From Hydrogenophaga sp. (GTDB taxonomy: Bacteria; Pseudomonadota; Gammaproteobacteria; Burkholderiales; Burkholderiaceae_C), in the NCBI RefSeq assembly GCF_036675665.1, contig NZ_JAKFEO010000015.1, positions 70,889 to 134,888 of the forward strand: a stretch of 64,000 bases of DNA. Reading direction: 5' to 3'. The notes beneath the pieces are model-generated. The model saw only the letters and a program-made list of their open reading frames with translations. It ran no database searches and was not told the origin of the DNA. The position numbers and the translations under genes were made by a program. Within the stretch, counting starts at the first letter, position 1. Each line of letters opens with the position of its first letter. This document shows, in pieces, positions 1-8,171 of the stretch.

Positions 1-603
1 GATCAGGGACATCTCGGCGCGCATGTCCTGCATGCTGTCGACCGGGGGCACGGGGAAGTAGCCACCCTTGACGGTGGGACGGTGGCCACGGTTGCCACCT
101 TCGAGCTTGGCACCGCTGTTCCACGGCGCTTCGTATTCGTCGATCTCGCACATCACGCGGCCGGGTTCATTGCTCCAGCGCACGCCGTCGAAGATGAAGA
201 ATTCTGGCTCTGGTCCGAAGTATGCGGTGTCGCCCAGGCCGGAGGCCTTGAGGTAGGCTTCGGCGCGCTTGGCGATGGAGCGCGGATCGCGGTCGTAGGC
301 CTTGCCGTCACCCGGCTCGATCACGTCGCACTGCAGGAACAGCGTGGTTTCTTCGAAGAAAGGATCGATGTTGGCGGTGTTGGAGTCGGGCATGAGCTGC
401 ATGTCCGAGGCTTCAATGCCTTTCCAGCCAGCGACCGAAGAGCCGTCGAACGCGTGGCCCGAGGTGAATTTGTCTTCGTCGAAGTGGGACACAGGCACGG
501 TGACGTGCTGCTCTTTGCCCCGGGTGTCGGTGAAACGGAAGTCAACGAACTTGACGTCGTTGTCCTTCACCATTTGCATCACGTCTGCGACGGTCTTGGC
601 CAT
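1..603 (-). CDS. glnA: glutamine synthetase type I (5' part of gene; C-terminal coding region lies left of the window)
   Basis: Absent from the ORF track because it runs off the left edge. Reverse complement from the ATG (cat at 601-603) reads MAKTVADVMQMVKDNDVKFVDFRFTDTRGKEQHVTVPVSHFDEDKFTSGHAFDGSSVAGWKGIEASDMQLMPDSNTANIDP..., the conserved GlnA N-terminus. A sigma-54 promoter and NtrC-type sites lie upstream. Confidence 0.95.
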   Translation of the reverse strand, partial: MAKTVADVMQMVKDNDVKFVDFRFTDTRGKEQHVTVPVSHFDEDKFTSGHAFDGSSVAGWKGIEASDMQLMPDSNTANIDPFFEETTLFLQCDVIEPGDGKAYDRDPRSIAKRAEAYLKASGLGDTAYFGPEPEFFIFDGVRWSNEPGRVMCEIDEYEAPWNSGAKLEGGNRGHRPTVKGGYFPVPPVDSMQDMRAEMSLI

Positions 604-656
604 CAAATACTCCTGTAGCTGGGTGAGTGAAAAATGAAAATCGACTTGGGAATGAA

Positions 657-671
657 GCAGTATTTGTGCCA
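657..671 (-). promoter_or_regulatory. sigma-54 (-24/-12) promoter of glnA
   Basis: Reverse complement of 657-671 is TGGCACAAATACTGC (TGGCAC-N5-CTGC, with GG and GC 10 nt apart). It lies about 54 nt upstream of the glnA ATG at 603. Confidence 0.7.
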
Positions 672-821
672 AACGCAACCCGAGTTCACCTGAACGGGGC
701 ATCTGCCTCCAAACGCCCGGGGATTATGGCGCAGGCGATGCGCCACAAAGGTTCGCAGCAAAGCGCTTGAGAAGGGTTTTTCAGCCTTGAGCGCGAAGGC
801 TGGACCGATGAACGGGACATT

Positions 822-867
822 CGCACGATTGCGGTGCGCCCCAAAAAATGAGCACCAACAAGGTGCA
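822..867. promoter_or_regulatory. two tandem NtrC-type enhancer dyads upstream of glnA
   Basis: 851-867 AGCACCAACAAGGTGCA and 822-838 CGCACGATTGCGGTGCG resemble the NtrC dyad TGCACC-N5-GGTGCA. They lie 150-210 nt upstream of the sigma-54 promoter, just past the stop of the cinA-like gene. Confidence 0.55.
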
Positions 868-869
868 CA

Positions 870-1685
870 TCAATTGCGCACCATCTCAGGGCCCAGCTCG
901 GCCCCATGCAGCCGCAGGCCGGCAAGCAGGCTGGCAAAGGCGTCTGCAACCGCGCCAGAGCCCCCCTTGACGCCCAGTTCGATGTGGCGCCCGAACTCGG
1001 GATGGTCGACGCTGGGCAGGCTGAACACCTTGACCGGATACTCACGCTCAATCCGCTCCATCAATGGCGTCAGCGCTGCCTCTATGGCGCCCATCACGAT
1101 CACCGAGCGCTCCAGCGAGGAACCTTGATGGTGCAGGTGAGCGTAGGGGTGGTCCAGCACCCACTCGATCATCGGCCACGCCATGACTGGAAATCCAGGC
1201 ACGAAGTGAACCTGCCCCCCACCGGCACCAGTGCAACTGAACCCGGGGATCTTGTTGTACGGGTTCTGGATGATGGTCGAACCCAGTGGGAACACCCCCA
1301 TGTTGTAGCGGTGCACGTTGTCCGCGCGCTGGGGGTCGAAGACCTGACCCTGCTCGGCGGCCACATCGCGCATGCGCGACTCGATCAGCATCTTGGCCTC
1401 GGGATGCAAGGCGAGTTCGACCCCCAATGCAGCAGCCGCACACTGACGGGTGTGATCGTCAGGGGTGGCACCGATGCCGCCACATGAAAAAACGATGCCC
1501 GGCTGAGCAAACGCGTCTCGCAGATTGGCTGTGATGCTCGGGCGGTCGTCGCCCACAAACCGCGCCCAGGACAGTGACATGCCTCGCGCGCTCAACAGCT
1601 CGATGACCTTGGACAGGTGCTTGTCCGAGCGCTTGCCCGAGAGGATTTCGTCGCCAATGATGATCAGGCCGATGGCTGGCGTCAT
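870..1685 (-). CDS. CinA-like / MoCF-biosynthesis (molybdopterin-binding) domain protein
   Basis: Lies inside ORF 870..2000(-). The plausible start is MTPAIGLIIIGDEILSGKRSDKHL (cat at 1683-1685). The IGDEILSG and CGGIGATPDD motifs are typical of the MoaB/MogA/CinA fold. The upstream 105 codons of the tracked ORF are Arg/Cys/Trp-rich junk. Confidence 0.8.
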   Translation of the reverse strand: MTPAIGLIIIGDEILSGKRSDKHLSKVIELLSARGMSLSWARFVGDDRPSITANLRDAFAQPGIVFSCGGIGATPDDHTRQCAAAALGVELALHPEAKMLIESRMRDVAAEQGQVFDPQRADNVHRYNMGVFPLGSTIIQNPYNKIPGFSCTGAGGGQVHFVPGFPVMAWPMIEWVLDHPYAHLHHQGSSLERSVIVMGAIEAALTPLMERIEREYPVKVFSLPSVDHPEFGRHIELGVKGGSGAVADAFASLLAGLRLHGAELGPEMVRN

Positions 1686-1713
1686 GAGGTGCTCAACAAA
1701 AAGAAGGGAATGG

Positions 1714-2610
1714 TCACGTCGCACCGGTCTGATCTGGCCCGTGCAGTTGCGGCGCGTCAGCACGGGCTTCAGACGGGCGAACACGTTCTGGATCTGCATC
1801 AAGCACCTCCACCGGCACCACGGCACGCAGGCGCTGCAGCGCCGCGAGCGCGAAGTGGGCGAACCAGAGCGAGGCAAAGGCAAACACAAGCGTGTATATC
1901 CAGATGGCCAATGGCACCAAGAGCGGCGCCATGGCAATGAACATGGCGCCCGAAGCCCACAACAAAGTGGGGGCTGCGCCCAAATAGCCACTGAGCACAC
2001 CCATGAGCAGCAAACTGCCGCGGTGTTCTCTCAAGATGGATTTGCGCTCGTCACTGCTGGCATGCGTGGCCAACGCGTCAAACGCAAAAACGCGGTATGT
2101 GAGCCAGCCCCAGATCAGGGGCGGCAGGATCAGCACCAAGGGGGGGACCAGCCACAACGGCAGGGAAATCACCAGCGCAACGATGGCCAGCAGTGTGGAG
2201 CCCAATGACCAGAGCACACTGATCACCAGCGACCCGCCGTGTTTGCGCTCCAGACTGGCGAAGCGACGCTGGCCCACCAGATCCACCATCGCCGGGGTCA
2301 TGAACATCGCCACCAGCAACAGACACAACAGCACGATCACGGGAGTGGCCAGCACCAACACCAGCAGCGGCGCAAACACGCCTCTGAGCGGACCCATTCC
2401 GATTTGGTCCATCCAGGCCAGCAAGGTTTCCACGAGCTCAAACGATGCCAGCCAGGCACCCACCGAGGCGACGGCGTCCTCCCAGAAAAAGTAACCCAGG
2501 CCGAACGACAGGACGACCATCAAGATCAGGGGGAGAAAGGACAGGGCGATCACCCGAGGGTGGACGCAGTACGCAACGGCCCGCCAGAAAGAATCGAACA
2601 ACAAGGTCAT
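1714..2610 (-). CDS. polytopic inner-membrane protein (EI24/CysZ-like family, tentative)
   Basis: Lies inside ORF 1714..2688(-), with the start chosen at MTLLFDSFWRAV (cat 2608-2610). It has several long hydrophobic helices. The family assignment is from memory only. Confidence 0.6.
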   Translation of the reverse strand: MTLLFDSFWRAVAYCVHPRVIALSFLPLILMVVLSFGLGYFFWEDAVASVGAWLASFELVETLLAWMDQIGMGPLRGVFAPLLVLVLATPVIVLLCLLLVAMFMTPAMVDLVGQRRFASLERKHGGSLVISVLWSLGSTLLAIVALVISLPLWLVPPLVLILPPLIWGWLTYRVFAFDALATHASSDERKSILREHRGSLLLMGVLSGYLGAAPTLLWASGAMFIAMAPLLVPLAIWIYTLVFAFASLWFAHFALAALQRLRAVVPVEVLDADPERVRPSEARADAPQLHGPDQTGAT

Positions 2611-2736
2611 CACACGAGAATACAGCCAATCCAAGGCACAGACGGACTCGGGACAACGTGCATCGGCGTGCCGCTGCACGAATGACAATCACGTTGAAGA
2701 CAACTCAAACGCTGCATGAGGGCTAGCATCCGTGCG

Positions 2737-3558
2737 ATGAATCGCATCGTGATTTCAGGCGTGGGACTCGAGGTGGCTCACATTCCCGGCCCAACCAACA
2801 AAAGTCCACTTGTCTTTCTGCATGAAGGCTTGGGCAGCGTGTCCCTCTGGCGGCAGCGAGGACGACTCTGGCCCGCTGAACTGTGCGCCGCGACAGGTCG
2901 CACCGGCTGGATGTATTCAAGACGCGGTTACGGACAATCCGACCCGGTGGAGGACGTCAGGGGCCCTCCGCGCCGCAGCGGACCATGGCACATCGGCCGC
3001 CACGAGCCCGACTACATGCATCTGGAGGCCAACGAAGTGTTGCCACAGGTGCTCCAGCAGTTGGGCATCGGCAGTCCGGTTCTGGTTGGGCACTCCGACG
3101 GGGCCACGATTGCATTGCTGCACGCTGCACGCCATGACGTGGCAGGTTGCGTGGCGCTAGCGCCCCATGTGTTCGTGGAAGAGATGTCATTGAAGGCCAT
3201 CGCTCAGGCCAAAGCGCTCTTTCAGGCCGCGCCACCATCCGCAGATGGACTGCGGCAGCGGCTGGCCCGTCATCACCGAGACGTCGACAACGCATTCTGG
3301 CAGTGGAACGACGTCTGGCTCAGCGAAGCATTCCGCACGTTCGACATCAGGGCAGAAATTCGGTCCATTGCTTCACCGCTGCTCATGGTGCAAGGCATGG
3401 ACGACGAGTACGGCTCCATGGCGCAATTGAGGTCGATTGAAACAGTGGTCGCCGATACCGTGAGGCTCGAGTTTCCCCAGTGCGGGCACAACCTCCACAG
3501 AGATCAGCCCGATCGCCTCACCGAAGCGGTACAAGGCTTTTTGAGCCGCATTGTTTGA
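2737..3558 (+). CDS. alpha/beta-fold hydrolase
   Basis: Lies inside ORF 2716..3558(+), with the start at MNRIVISG (ATG 2737). It shows LVFLHEGLGS (oxyanion region), VLVGHSDGA (nucleophile-elbow-like G-x-S/D-x-G) and a C-terminal CGHNLH histidine. Confidence 0.75.
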   Translation: MNRIVISGVGLEVAHIPGPTNKSPLVFLHEGLGSVSLWRQRGRLWPAELCAATGRTGWMYSRRGYGQSDPVEDVRGPPRRSGPWHIGRHEPDYMHLEANEVLPQVLQQLGIGSPVLVGHSDGATIALLHAARHDVAGCVALAPHVFVEEMSLKAIAQAKALFQAAPPSADGLRQRLARHHRDVDNAFWQWNDVWLSEAFRTFDIRAEIRSIASPLLMVQGMDDEYGSMAQLRSIETVVADTVRLEFPQCGHNLHRDQPDRLTEAVQGFLSRIV

Positions 3559-3721
3559 CGACCGTTTGGAAGCTACCCACTTTATAGGATGTACGAACGT
3601 CCAGCAGTGTGCACAATCGGTCTCGGGTGTAATGTGGACCAAATAGCCCATCAAACGCTGTCCAAACCCCAAGAAATTCACACCTTCTTCGTGTATCGAG
3701 ATTGCAGACTCTCCATGGCTG

Positions 3722-4501
3722 GTGACAACTGCATACACTTTGATACAGATAGACGAATACCCTCCGATGCTCATGACCGACTGGACCAACCCATGGCTGC
3801 TTGCAGTGCTGGTGCCCGCTTTGCTGGCGCTGGGCGCGCTGCTGCACCGCATGTGGGCAGAACGGCAGGCCAGGGAGAGAAGGCGCATCCCGAAACACTG
3901 GCCCTTGAGCACCCGCGCGCTGGCCAACAGCGAAGAAGCCAGGGTGTGGCATTGGCTGGCCAGAGCCTTTTACGATCATCACGTGATGATCAAGCTCCCG
4001 GTGACGCGCTTCACCCTGCCGCGGGACCGGGAACAGGGCATGGAGTGGTACAAGTTGCTGGGCAGCGTGTATTGCACCTTCACCGTGTGCCGATCTGACG
4101 GCCGGGTGCTCGGTTGCCTTGATGTGCCTGGAAGTGCGGGTCTTCCGCGCAGCACACGAGCACTTAAGCACTCATTGCTGACCCAGTGCGGCCTGCCCTA
4201 CTGGGTCGTTCGCTCCAACAGCCTTCCCACCGTGGCCGAAATCCGAGCTGAATTCCTGGGAGAGTCTGCGCTGAGCCAGTCGATGCGCGAGCGCGAAATG
4301 GAGGAGCGCGCCATCATTGCCGCGCAGGCCAACCTGCGCACGGTGTTGACCCGCCAACGCAGCACCCGCGCCAGCGACTTCTCCCCGCTCTCCACGTGGC
4401 CCAACAGCACCACGGGTGAACCACGAAGCGACTTCAACTCTCAGTGGCAAGAGAACTCGTTCCTGATGCCGCTCGACAGCCGCAAAGGCGATCTCCTCTG
4501 A
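3722..4501 (+). CDS. membrane-anchored hypothetical protein (DUF2726-like, tentative)
   Basis: ORF 3722..4501(+). It has an N-terminal TM helix (WLLAVLVPALLALGALL) and balanced composition in the globular part (ARVWHWLARAFYDHHVMIKLPVTRF). The start may be an internal Met near 3767. Confidence 0.55.
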   Translation: MTTAYTLIQIDEYPPMLMTDWTNPWLLAVLVPALLALGALLHRMWAERQARERRRIPKHWPLSTRALANSEEARVWHWLARAFYDHHVMIKLPVTRFTLPRDREQGMEWYKLLGSVYCTFTVCRSDGRVLGCLDVPGSAGLPRSTRALKHSLLTQCGLPYWVVRSNSLPTVAEIRAEFLGESALSQSMREREMEERAIIAAQANLRTVLTRQRSTRASDFSPLSTWPNSTTGEPRSDFNSQWQENSFLMPLDSRKGDLL

Positions 4502-4516
4502 ACGACGTCGCGGGCA

Positions 4517-5263
4517 TCAGCCCGAGGTCTTTTGAGTAAGCGACGCGACCTCTTCTCGACTCAGCCATCGCCAGCGCCCGGGCATCAAATCACCGGTCAG
4601 CGAAAGCACCCCCACCGACGATCGATGCAGGGCCTCTACCCTGTTGCCCACCGCAGCCACCATGCGCTTGACCTGGTGGTATTTGCCTTCGGTCAGCGTC
4701 AATTTCAGGTGAAACTCGCTCTCAGCCGAACACGCTTGGGCCTTCACAGGCTTGGGATCGTCGTCCAGAACCACGCCTTCCAGCAGTCGGATCACTTGCT
4801 GCTCATCCAGAGGATGTTTGACCTGCACGTCGTACACTTTGGGCACGTGATGGCGGGGAGACGTCAACCGGTGAATGAACTTTCCGTCATCCGACATCAA
4901 CAACAGACCCGTGGTGTCCTGGTCAAGACGACCCACCGCCTGCACGCCTGCAGCCGCTCCACCGCCACGGCCACGCAAGGGGCCGGGCAACAAGGTGTAG
5001 ACGCTCGGATAGGTGCTGGGCTTTTGCGAGCACTCGAAACCCGCAGGTTTGTGAACCATGAGGTAGGCGCGCTCGTGGTAGACCCAGGTCTCGCCCTGAA
5101 CCTGGAACACCAAATCCTCCTCGACAAACGCGGCTGTGGGATCGGTGCATGCTTGCCAGCCCGTCCCCTCTTCCACCTTCACCAGCCCTTGCTGAATGAG
5201 TCCGCAACAGATTCGGCGGGTACCAAAACCTTGTGAAAAAAGAATGTCCTGCAATTGCATCAT
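4517..5263 (-). CDS. RsuA-family rRNA pseudouridine synthase (S4 domain plus catalytic domain)
   Basis: ORF 4517..5263(-). It carries an N-terminal S4-like region, the catalytic motif GRLDQDTTGLLLMSDDG, and YHQVKRM near the C-terminus. Confidence 0.85.
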   Translation of the reverse strand: MMQLQDILFSQGFGTRRICCGLIQQGLVKVEEGTGWQACTDPTAAFVEEDLVFQVQGETWVYHERAYLMVHKPAGFECSQKPSTYPSVYTLLPGPLRGRGGGAAAGVQAVGRLDQDTTGLLLMSDDGKFIHRLTSPRHHVPKVYDVQVKHPLDEQQVIRLLEGVVLDDDPKPVKAQACSAESEFHLKLTLTEGKYHQVKRMVAAVGNRVEALHRSSVGVLSLTGDLMPGRWRWLSREEVASLTQKTSG

Positions 5264-5365
5264 GATGCGGGGATTGTCGCCGCTGCGCAGCTGCTCGCCT
5301 TCGTGTCAGGACAATGATCCATCGCATGCATCGCACCTCGAAGTTCAACTGCGCAAATGCCTGAT

Positions 5366-5407
5366 TTAAAAAGAAAAAGGCCGCCAACCGTACCTGGTTA
5401 GCGGCCT
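5366..5407 (-). terminator. rho-independent terminator of ssrA
   Basis: On the minus strand, GGCCGC (rc of 5401-5406) pairs with GCGGCC (rc of 5379-5384). It is followed by TTTTTCTTTTT (rc of 5368-5378), about 14 nt downstream of the tmRNA CCA end. Confidence 0.8.
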
Positions 5408-5420
5408 CTATCAGGTCGTA

Positions 5421-5797
5421 TGGTGGAGCTGGGGGGATTTGAACCCCCGTCCGCAAGCCTTCTTCGAGCAGTTCTACATGTGTAGCCGTCTGATTTAAGT
5501 CTCGCCGCCCGAGTCGCGCAGTGGCACGCTAAACGGGAAGCCAGCATCCTTGAGTCTCGCCCTGCGTCAAGGTGCCCGACGCAAAGCCAGCCGATGAAAT
5601 TATCCTTGCAGCCGGGAGGTCTTGCGACCCCCTTGCCCAGCCCATCGGCCTGCTGTTGCAAGGCTCACCGCTGATTAAGCGGCGAGTGCGAAACGTTCGT
5701 CGTTTGCAGTTGGTTTTTTTCTGTTGCTTTACGAGGTGACAGAACCTCGACATGCCCTGCTGCGCGTCCGAACCCACGTCGAAACCAGTGCAGCCCC
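5421..5797 (-). ncRNA. ssrA: tmRNA (SsrA), tag peptide ANDERFALAA
   Basis: The 5' end GGGGCTGCACTGGTTTCGACG is the rc of 5777-5797. The 3' end GCGGACGGGGGTTCAAATCCCCCCAGCTCCACCA is the rc of 5421-5454 (T-arm plus CCA). The internal tag reading frame is the rc of 5675-5707, GCAAACGACGAACGTTTCGCACTCGCCGCTTAA, which reads ANDERFALAA-stop. Confidence 0.97.
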
Positions 5798-5809
5798 AAG
5801 GCTCCTATT

Positions 5810-6487
5810 TTAAGACGATTCAAGCAATTGCAAGACCTGCAATGGAGAAGAAACTTCAGCGTCGGCACCCCAGGACGCCACGTCAGCCCCTGCACCCAGA
5901 TAGCCATAACGCGCTGCCACGGTCCACATGCCAGCCGAACGCCCTGCGCGGATGTCGCGCTCGTCATCACCCACATAGATGCACTGGGCTGGAAGCAACG
6001 ACATGCGGCGTGCCGCCTCCAGCAGGGGCGCGGGGTGCGGCTTGGCGTGAGACGTCGTGTCACCGCTGATCACAGTGGCTGCCGAATCGAACAGCCCCAT
6101 GGAGCGGGTGATGGGCGCCGTGAAACGCTGAGCCTTGTTGGTCACAACCCCCCAGCGCAAACCGCGCTCAAGCAAAGAAGACACCAGTTGGGCCACTTCC
6201 TCGAAGGGGCGAGTGCGCTGGGTCAGGCAGTTTTCATAGTGAATGAAGAACTCTTCCTTGTATTGCTCGTAGTTGACATGCTCAGCGTTCATACCGAATG
6301 CCACTTGCAACATGCCGCGCGCACCGGAACCCACATGGGGCCGGTATTCCGCCAATGGCTTGGACGGCAAGCCACGACGCATGCGCATGCCATCCGCTGC
6401 CGCACCCAAATCGGGCGCGCTGTCAATCAGCGTCCCGTCCAGATCAAACAACACTGCGCGCACCCCGTGGAAAGCGACAGACCTCAT
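5810..6487 (-). CDS. gph: phosphoglycolate phosphatase (HAD superfamily)
   Basis: ORF 5810..6487(-). It has the HAD motif [13 protein letters not shown] and a C-terminal YVGDDERD motif. Its position next to ubiG is typical for gph. Confidence 0.85.
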   Translation of the reverse strand: MRSVAFHGVRAVLFDLDGTLIDSAPDLGAAADGMRMRRGLPSKPLAEYRPHVGSGARGMLQVAFGMNAEHVNYEQYKEEFFIHYENCLTQRTRPFEEVAQLVSSLLERGLRWGVVTNKAQRFTAPITRSMGLFDSAATVISGDTTSHAKPHPAPLLEAARRMSLLPAQCIYVGDDERDIRAGRSAGMWTVAARYGYLGAGADVASWGADAEVSSPLQVLQLLESS

Positions 6488-7191
6488 GCTTTTCGGCTAG
6501 CAAACAGATAGTTCACGCTGGTGTCCTGACTCAACCAGTAGCGACGAGTCAGTGGGTTGTACTCCATGCCGCGGGTATCCGACAGCTCAAGTCCCGCGTC
6601 GCGACCATACCTAGCCAACTCGCTCGGCCTGATGAATTTGGCGTACTCATGGGTTCCTTTGGGCAACAGTTGCAGGATGTATTCGGCACCCAGGATTGCA
6701 AACAGAAACGACTTGGGGTTGCGATTCAGGGTCGAAAAGAAGACCCAGCCACCAGGTTTCACGAGAGCCGCACATGCACGAACAACGGAAGATGGATCGG
6801 GCACATGCTCAAGCATTTCCATGCAGGTGACCACATCGAACGAACCCGGCTCCTGCAAAGCCATGGCCTCTGCACTGATTTCCAAGTAGTCGACATTGGT
6901 CGTGCCTGCTTCGAGCGCGTGCAACTGGGCTACCCGCAGTGCTTTGACCGAAAGATCGATCCCGGTCACCGTGGCACCCTTTCTCGCCATGGCATCCGAA
7001 AGAATGCCACCGCCGCATCCGATATCCAGTACACGTTTGCCTGCAAGTTGGGCCATTCCATCAATCCAGCTCAATCGCAATGGATTGATCTGGTGAAGTG
7101 GACGAAACTCGCTTTCTGGATCCCACCAGCGATGAGCCAGATCGGAGAATTTGGCCAACTCGGCTGGGTCGGCATTGAGGTTGTGATTCAT
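6484..7191 (-). CDS. ubiG: bifunctional 3-demethylubiquinone / 2-polyprenyl-6-hydroxyphenol O-methyltransferase
   Basis: ORF 6484..7191(-). It shows [34 protein letters not shown] and the SAM motif [12 protein letters not shown]. It overlaps the gph start by 4 nt. Confidence 0.9.
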   Translation of the reverse strand: MNHNLNADPAELAKFSDLAHRWWDPESEFRPLHQINPLRLSWIDGMAQLAGKRVLDIGCGGGILSDAMARKGATVTGIDLSVKALRVAQLHALEAGTTNVDYLEISAEAMALQEPGSFDVVTCMEMLEHVPDPSSVVRACAALVKPGGWVFFSTLNRNPKSFLFAILGAEYILQLLPKGTHEYAKFIRPSELARYGRDAGLELSDTRGMEYNPLTRRYWLSQDTSVNYLFASRKA

Positions 7192-7214
7192 TGCTTGATT
7201 ATCGTCAGCCCATG

Positions 7215-7243
7215 AAAAAACCGCGCCGAAGCGCGGTTTTTTT
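7215..7243 (-). terminator. rho-independent terminator after ompA-like gene (symmetrical, A/T runs on both sides)
   Basis: aaaaaaCCGCGCcgaaGCGCGGttttttt is a 6-bp GC stem flanked by A6 and T7 runs. It lies 17 nt downstream of the stop at 7260. Confidence 0.75.
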
Positions 7244-7259
7244 GGGGCAACCCGAAGGT

Positions 7260-7910
7260 TTACTTGTTGGCCCGGGTGCCGACAACTTCCACTTCGACGC
7301 GGCGGTTCTTGGCGCGGCCTTCGCGGGTGGCGTTGTCTGCCACTGGCTGGGTCAGACCCTTGCCTTCGGTGTAGATGCGGTTGCTTTCGATGCCCTTGCT
7401 CACCAAATAGGCCTTGACGGCTTCAGCACGGCGGTTGGACAGGGCTTGGTTGTAACCAGCAGCGCCGGTGGAGTCGGTGTGACCCACGGCAATCACAACT
7501 TCCAGATTGATACCAGACACCTTGCTGGCGAGGTCGTCCAGCTTGGCTTTGCCTTCTGGCTTGAGCACGGCTTTGTCGAAGTCGAAGAACGCATCGGCAG
7601 CGTAGGTCACTTTGGACGCTGCAGGAGCGGGTGCGGCGGCAGGAGCGGGCGCGGGGCGTGCGGCTGGGGCAGGTGCTGGTGCTGCAGCAGGAGCCGGTGC
7701 AGGAGCAGCCACAGGAACGATGGCACCGTCGCAACCGACAGCGGCAGTTGCAGGCGTCCAGCTGGAATTGCGCCAGCACAGTTCATTGGTACCGTTTTTC
7801 CAGACCAGTTCGCTGGTGCCATTGCGCCAGTTGTCGATGGTTTGGGCGCCGGCGGCCGTTGCCATGGCGGCCGTTGCGATCAGCATTGCCACTTTGTTGA
7901 GTTTTTTCAT
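7260..7910 (-). CDS. OmpA-family peptidoglycan-binding outer-membrane/periplasmic protein
   Basis: Lies inside ORF 7260..7994(-), with the start at [23 protein letters not shown] (signal peptide, cat 7908-7910). The C-terminal OmpA_C motifs are [27 protein letters not shown] and NRRVEVEV. Confidence 0.85.
   Translation of the reverse strand: MKKLNKVAMLIATAAMATAAGAQTIDNWRNGTSELVWKNGTNELCWRNSSWTPATAAVGCDGAIVPVAAPAPAPAAAPAPAPAARPAPAPAAAPAPAASKVTYAADAFFDFDKAVLKPEGKAKLDDLASKVSGINLEVVIAVGHTDSTGAAGYNQALSNRRAEAVKAYLVSKGIESNRIYTEGKGLTQPVADNATREGRAKNRRVEVEVVGTRANK
7617..7709 (-). repeat. coding Ala-Pro low-complexity linker of the OmpA-like protein
   Basis: It encodes [31 protein letters not shown]. 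The DNA is an imperfect GCn/CCn tandem, and the linker sits between the N-terminal and OmpA_C domains. Confidence 0.8.
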
Positions 7911-8171
7911 GGTTTTCCTCTTGGTAAGCCGCAGACAATCTGCGTACAAAAAAAGACGCTTGAAGTGACCACCACTCAAAACGCTGGATTTCATTGTGCC
8001 ACAAGCGCTATAGCGCCAACCGGCAGGTACGGGCGCCTCGGGGACTGTATTCCGACTGTCCCAGCATTCGTTGTGGTGTTACAACAAAGAGCGTGCCAAG
8101 GCGCGATCCGGTGCCACCCGTAAAATGGCGAGTTGCCTTTTGGCCCATCCGACGCATTTCTGCCCCTGCTC

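Noticed and set aside
4517-5420. Genomic island or prophage integrated at the 3' end of ssrA
   Set aside because: The tmRNA 3' end is followed directly by its own terminator and a housekeeping pseudouridine synthase gene. There is no integrase, no duplicated ssrA 3' fragment and no direct repeat.
5798-5860. Sigma-70 promoter of ssrA (TTGCAA ... TAAAAT on the minus strand)
   Set aside because: The -10-like TAAAAT is well placed, but the best -35 gives only a 15-nt spacer. That is too uncertain to list without transcript mapping.
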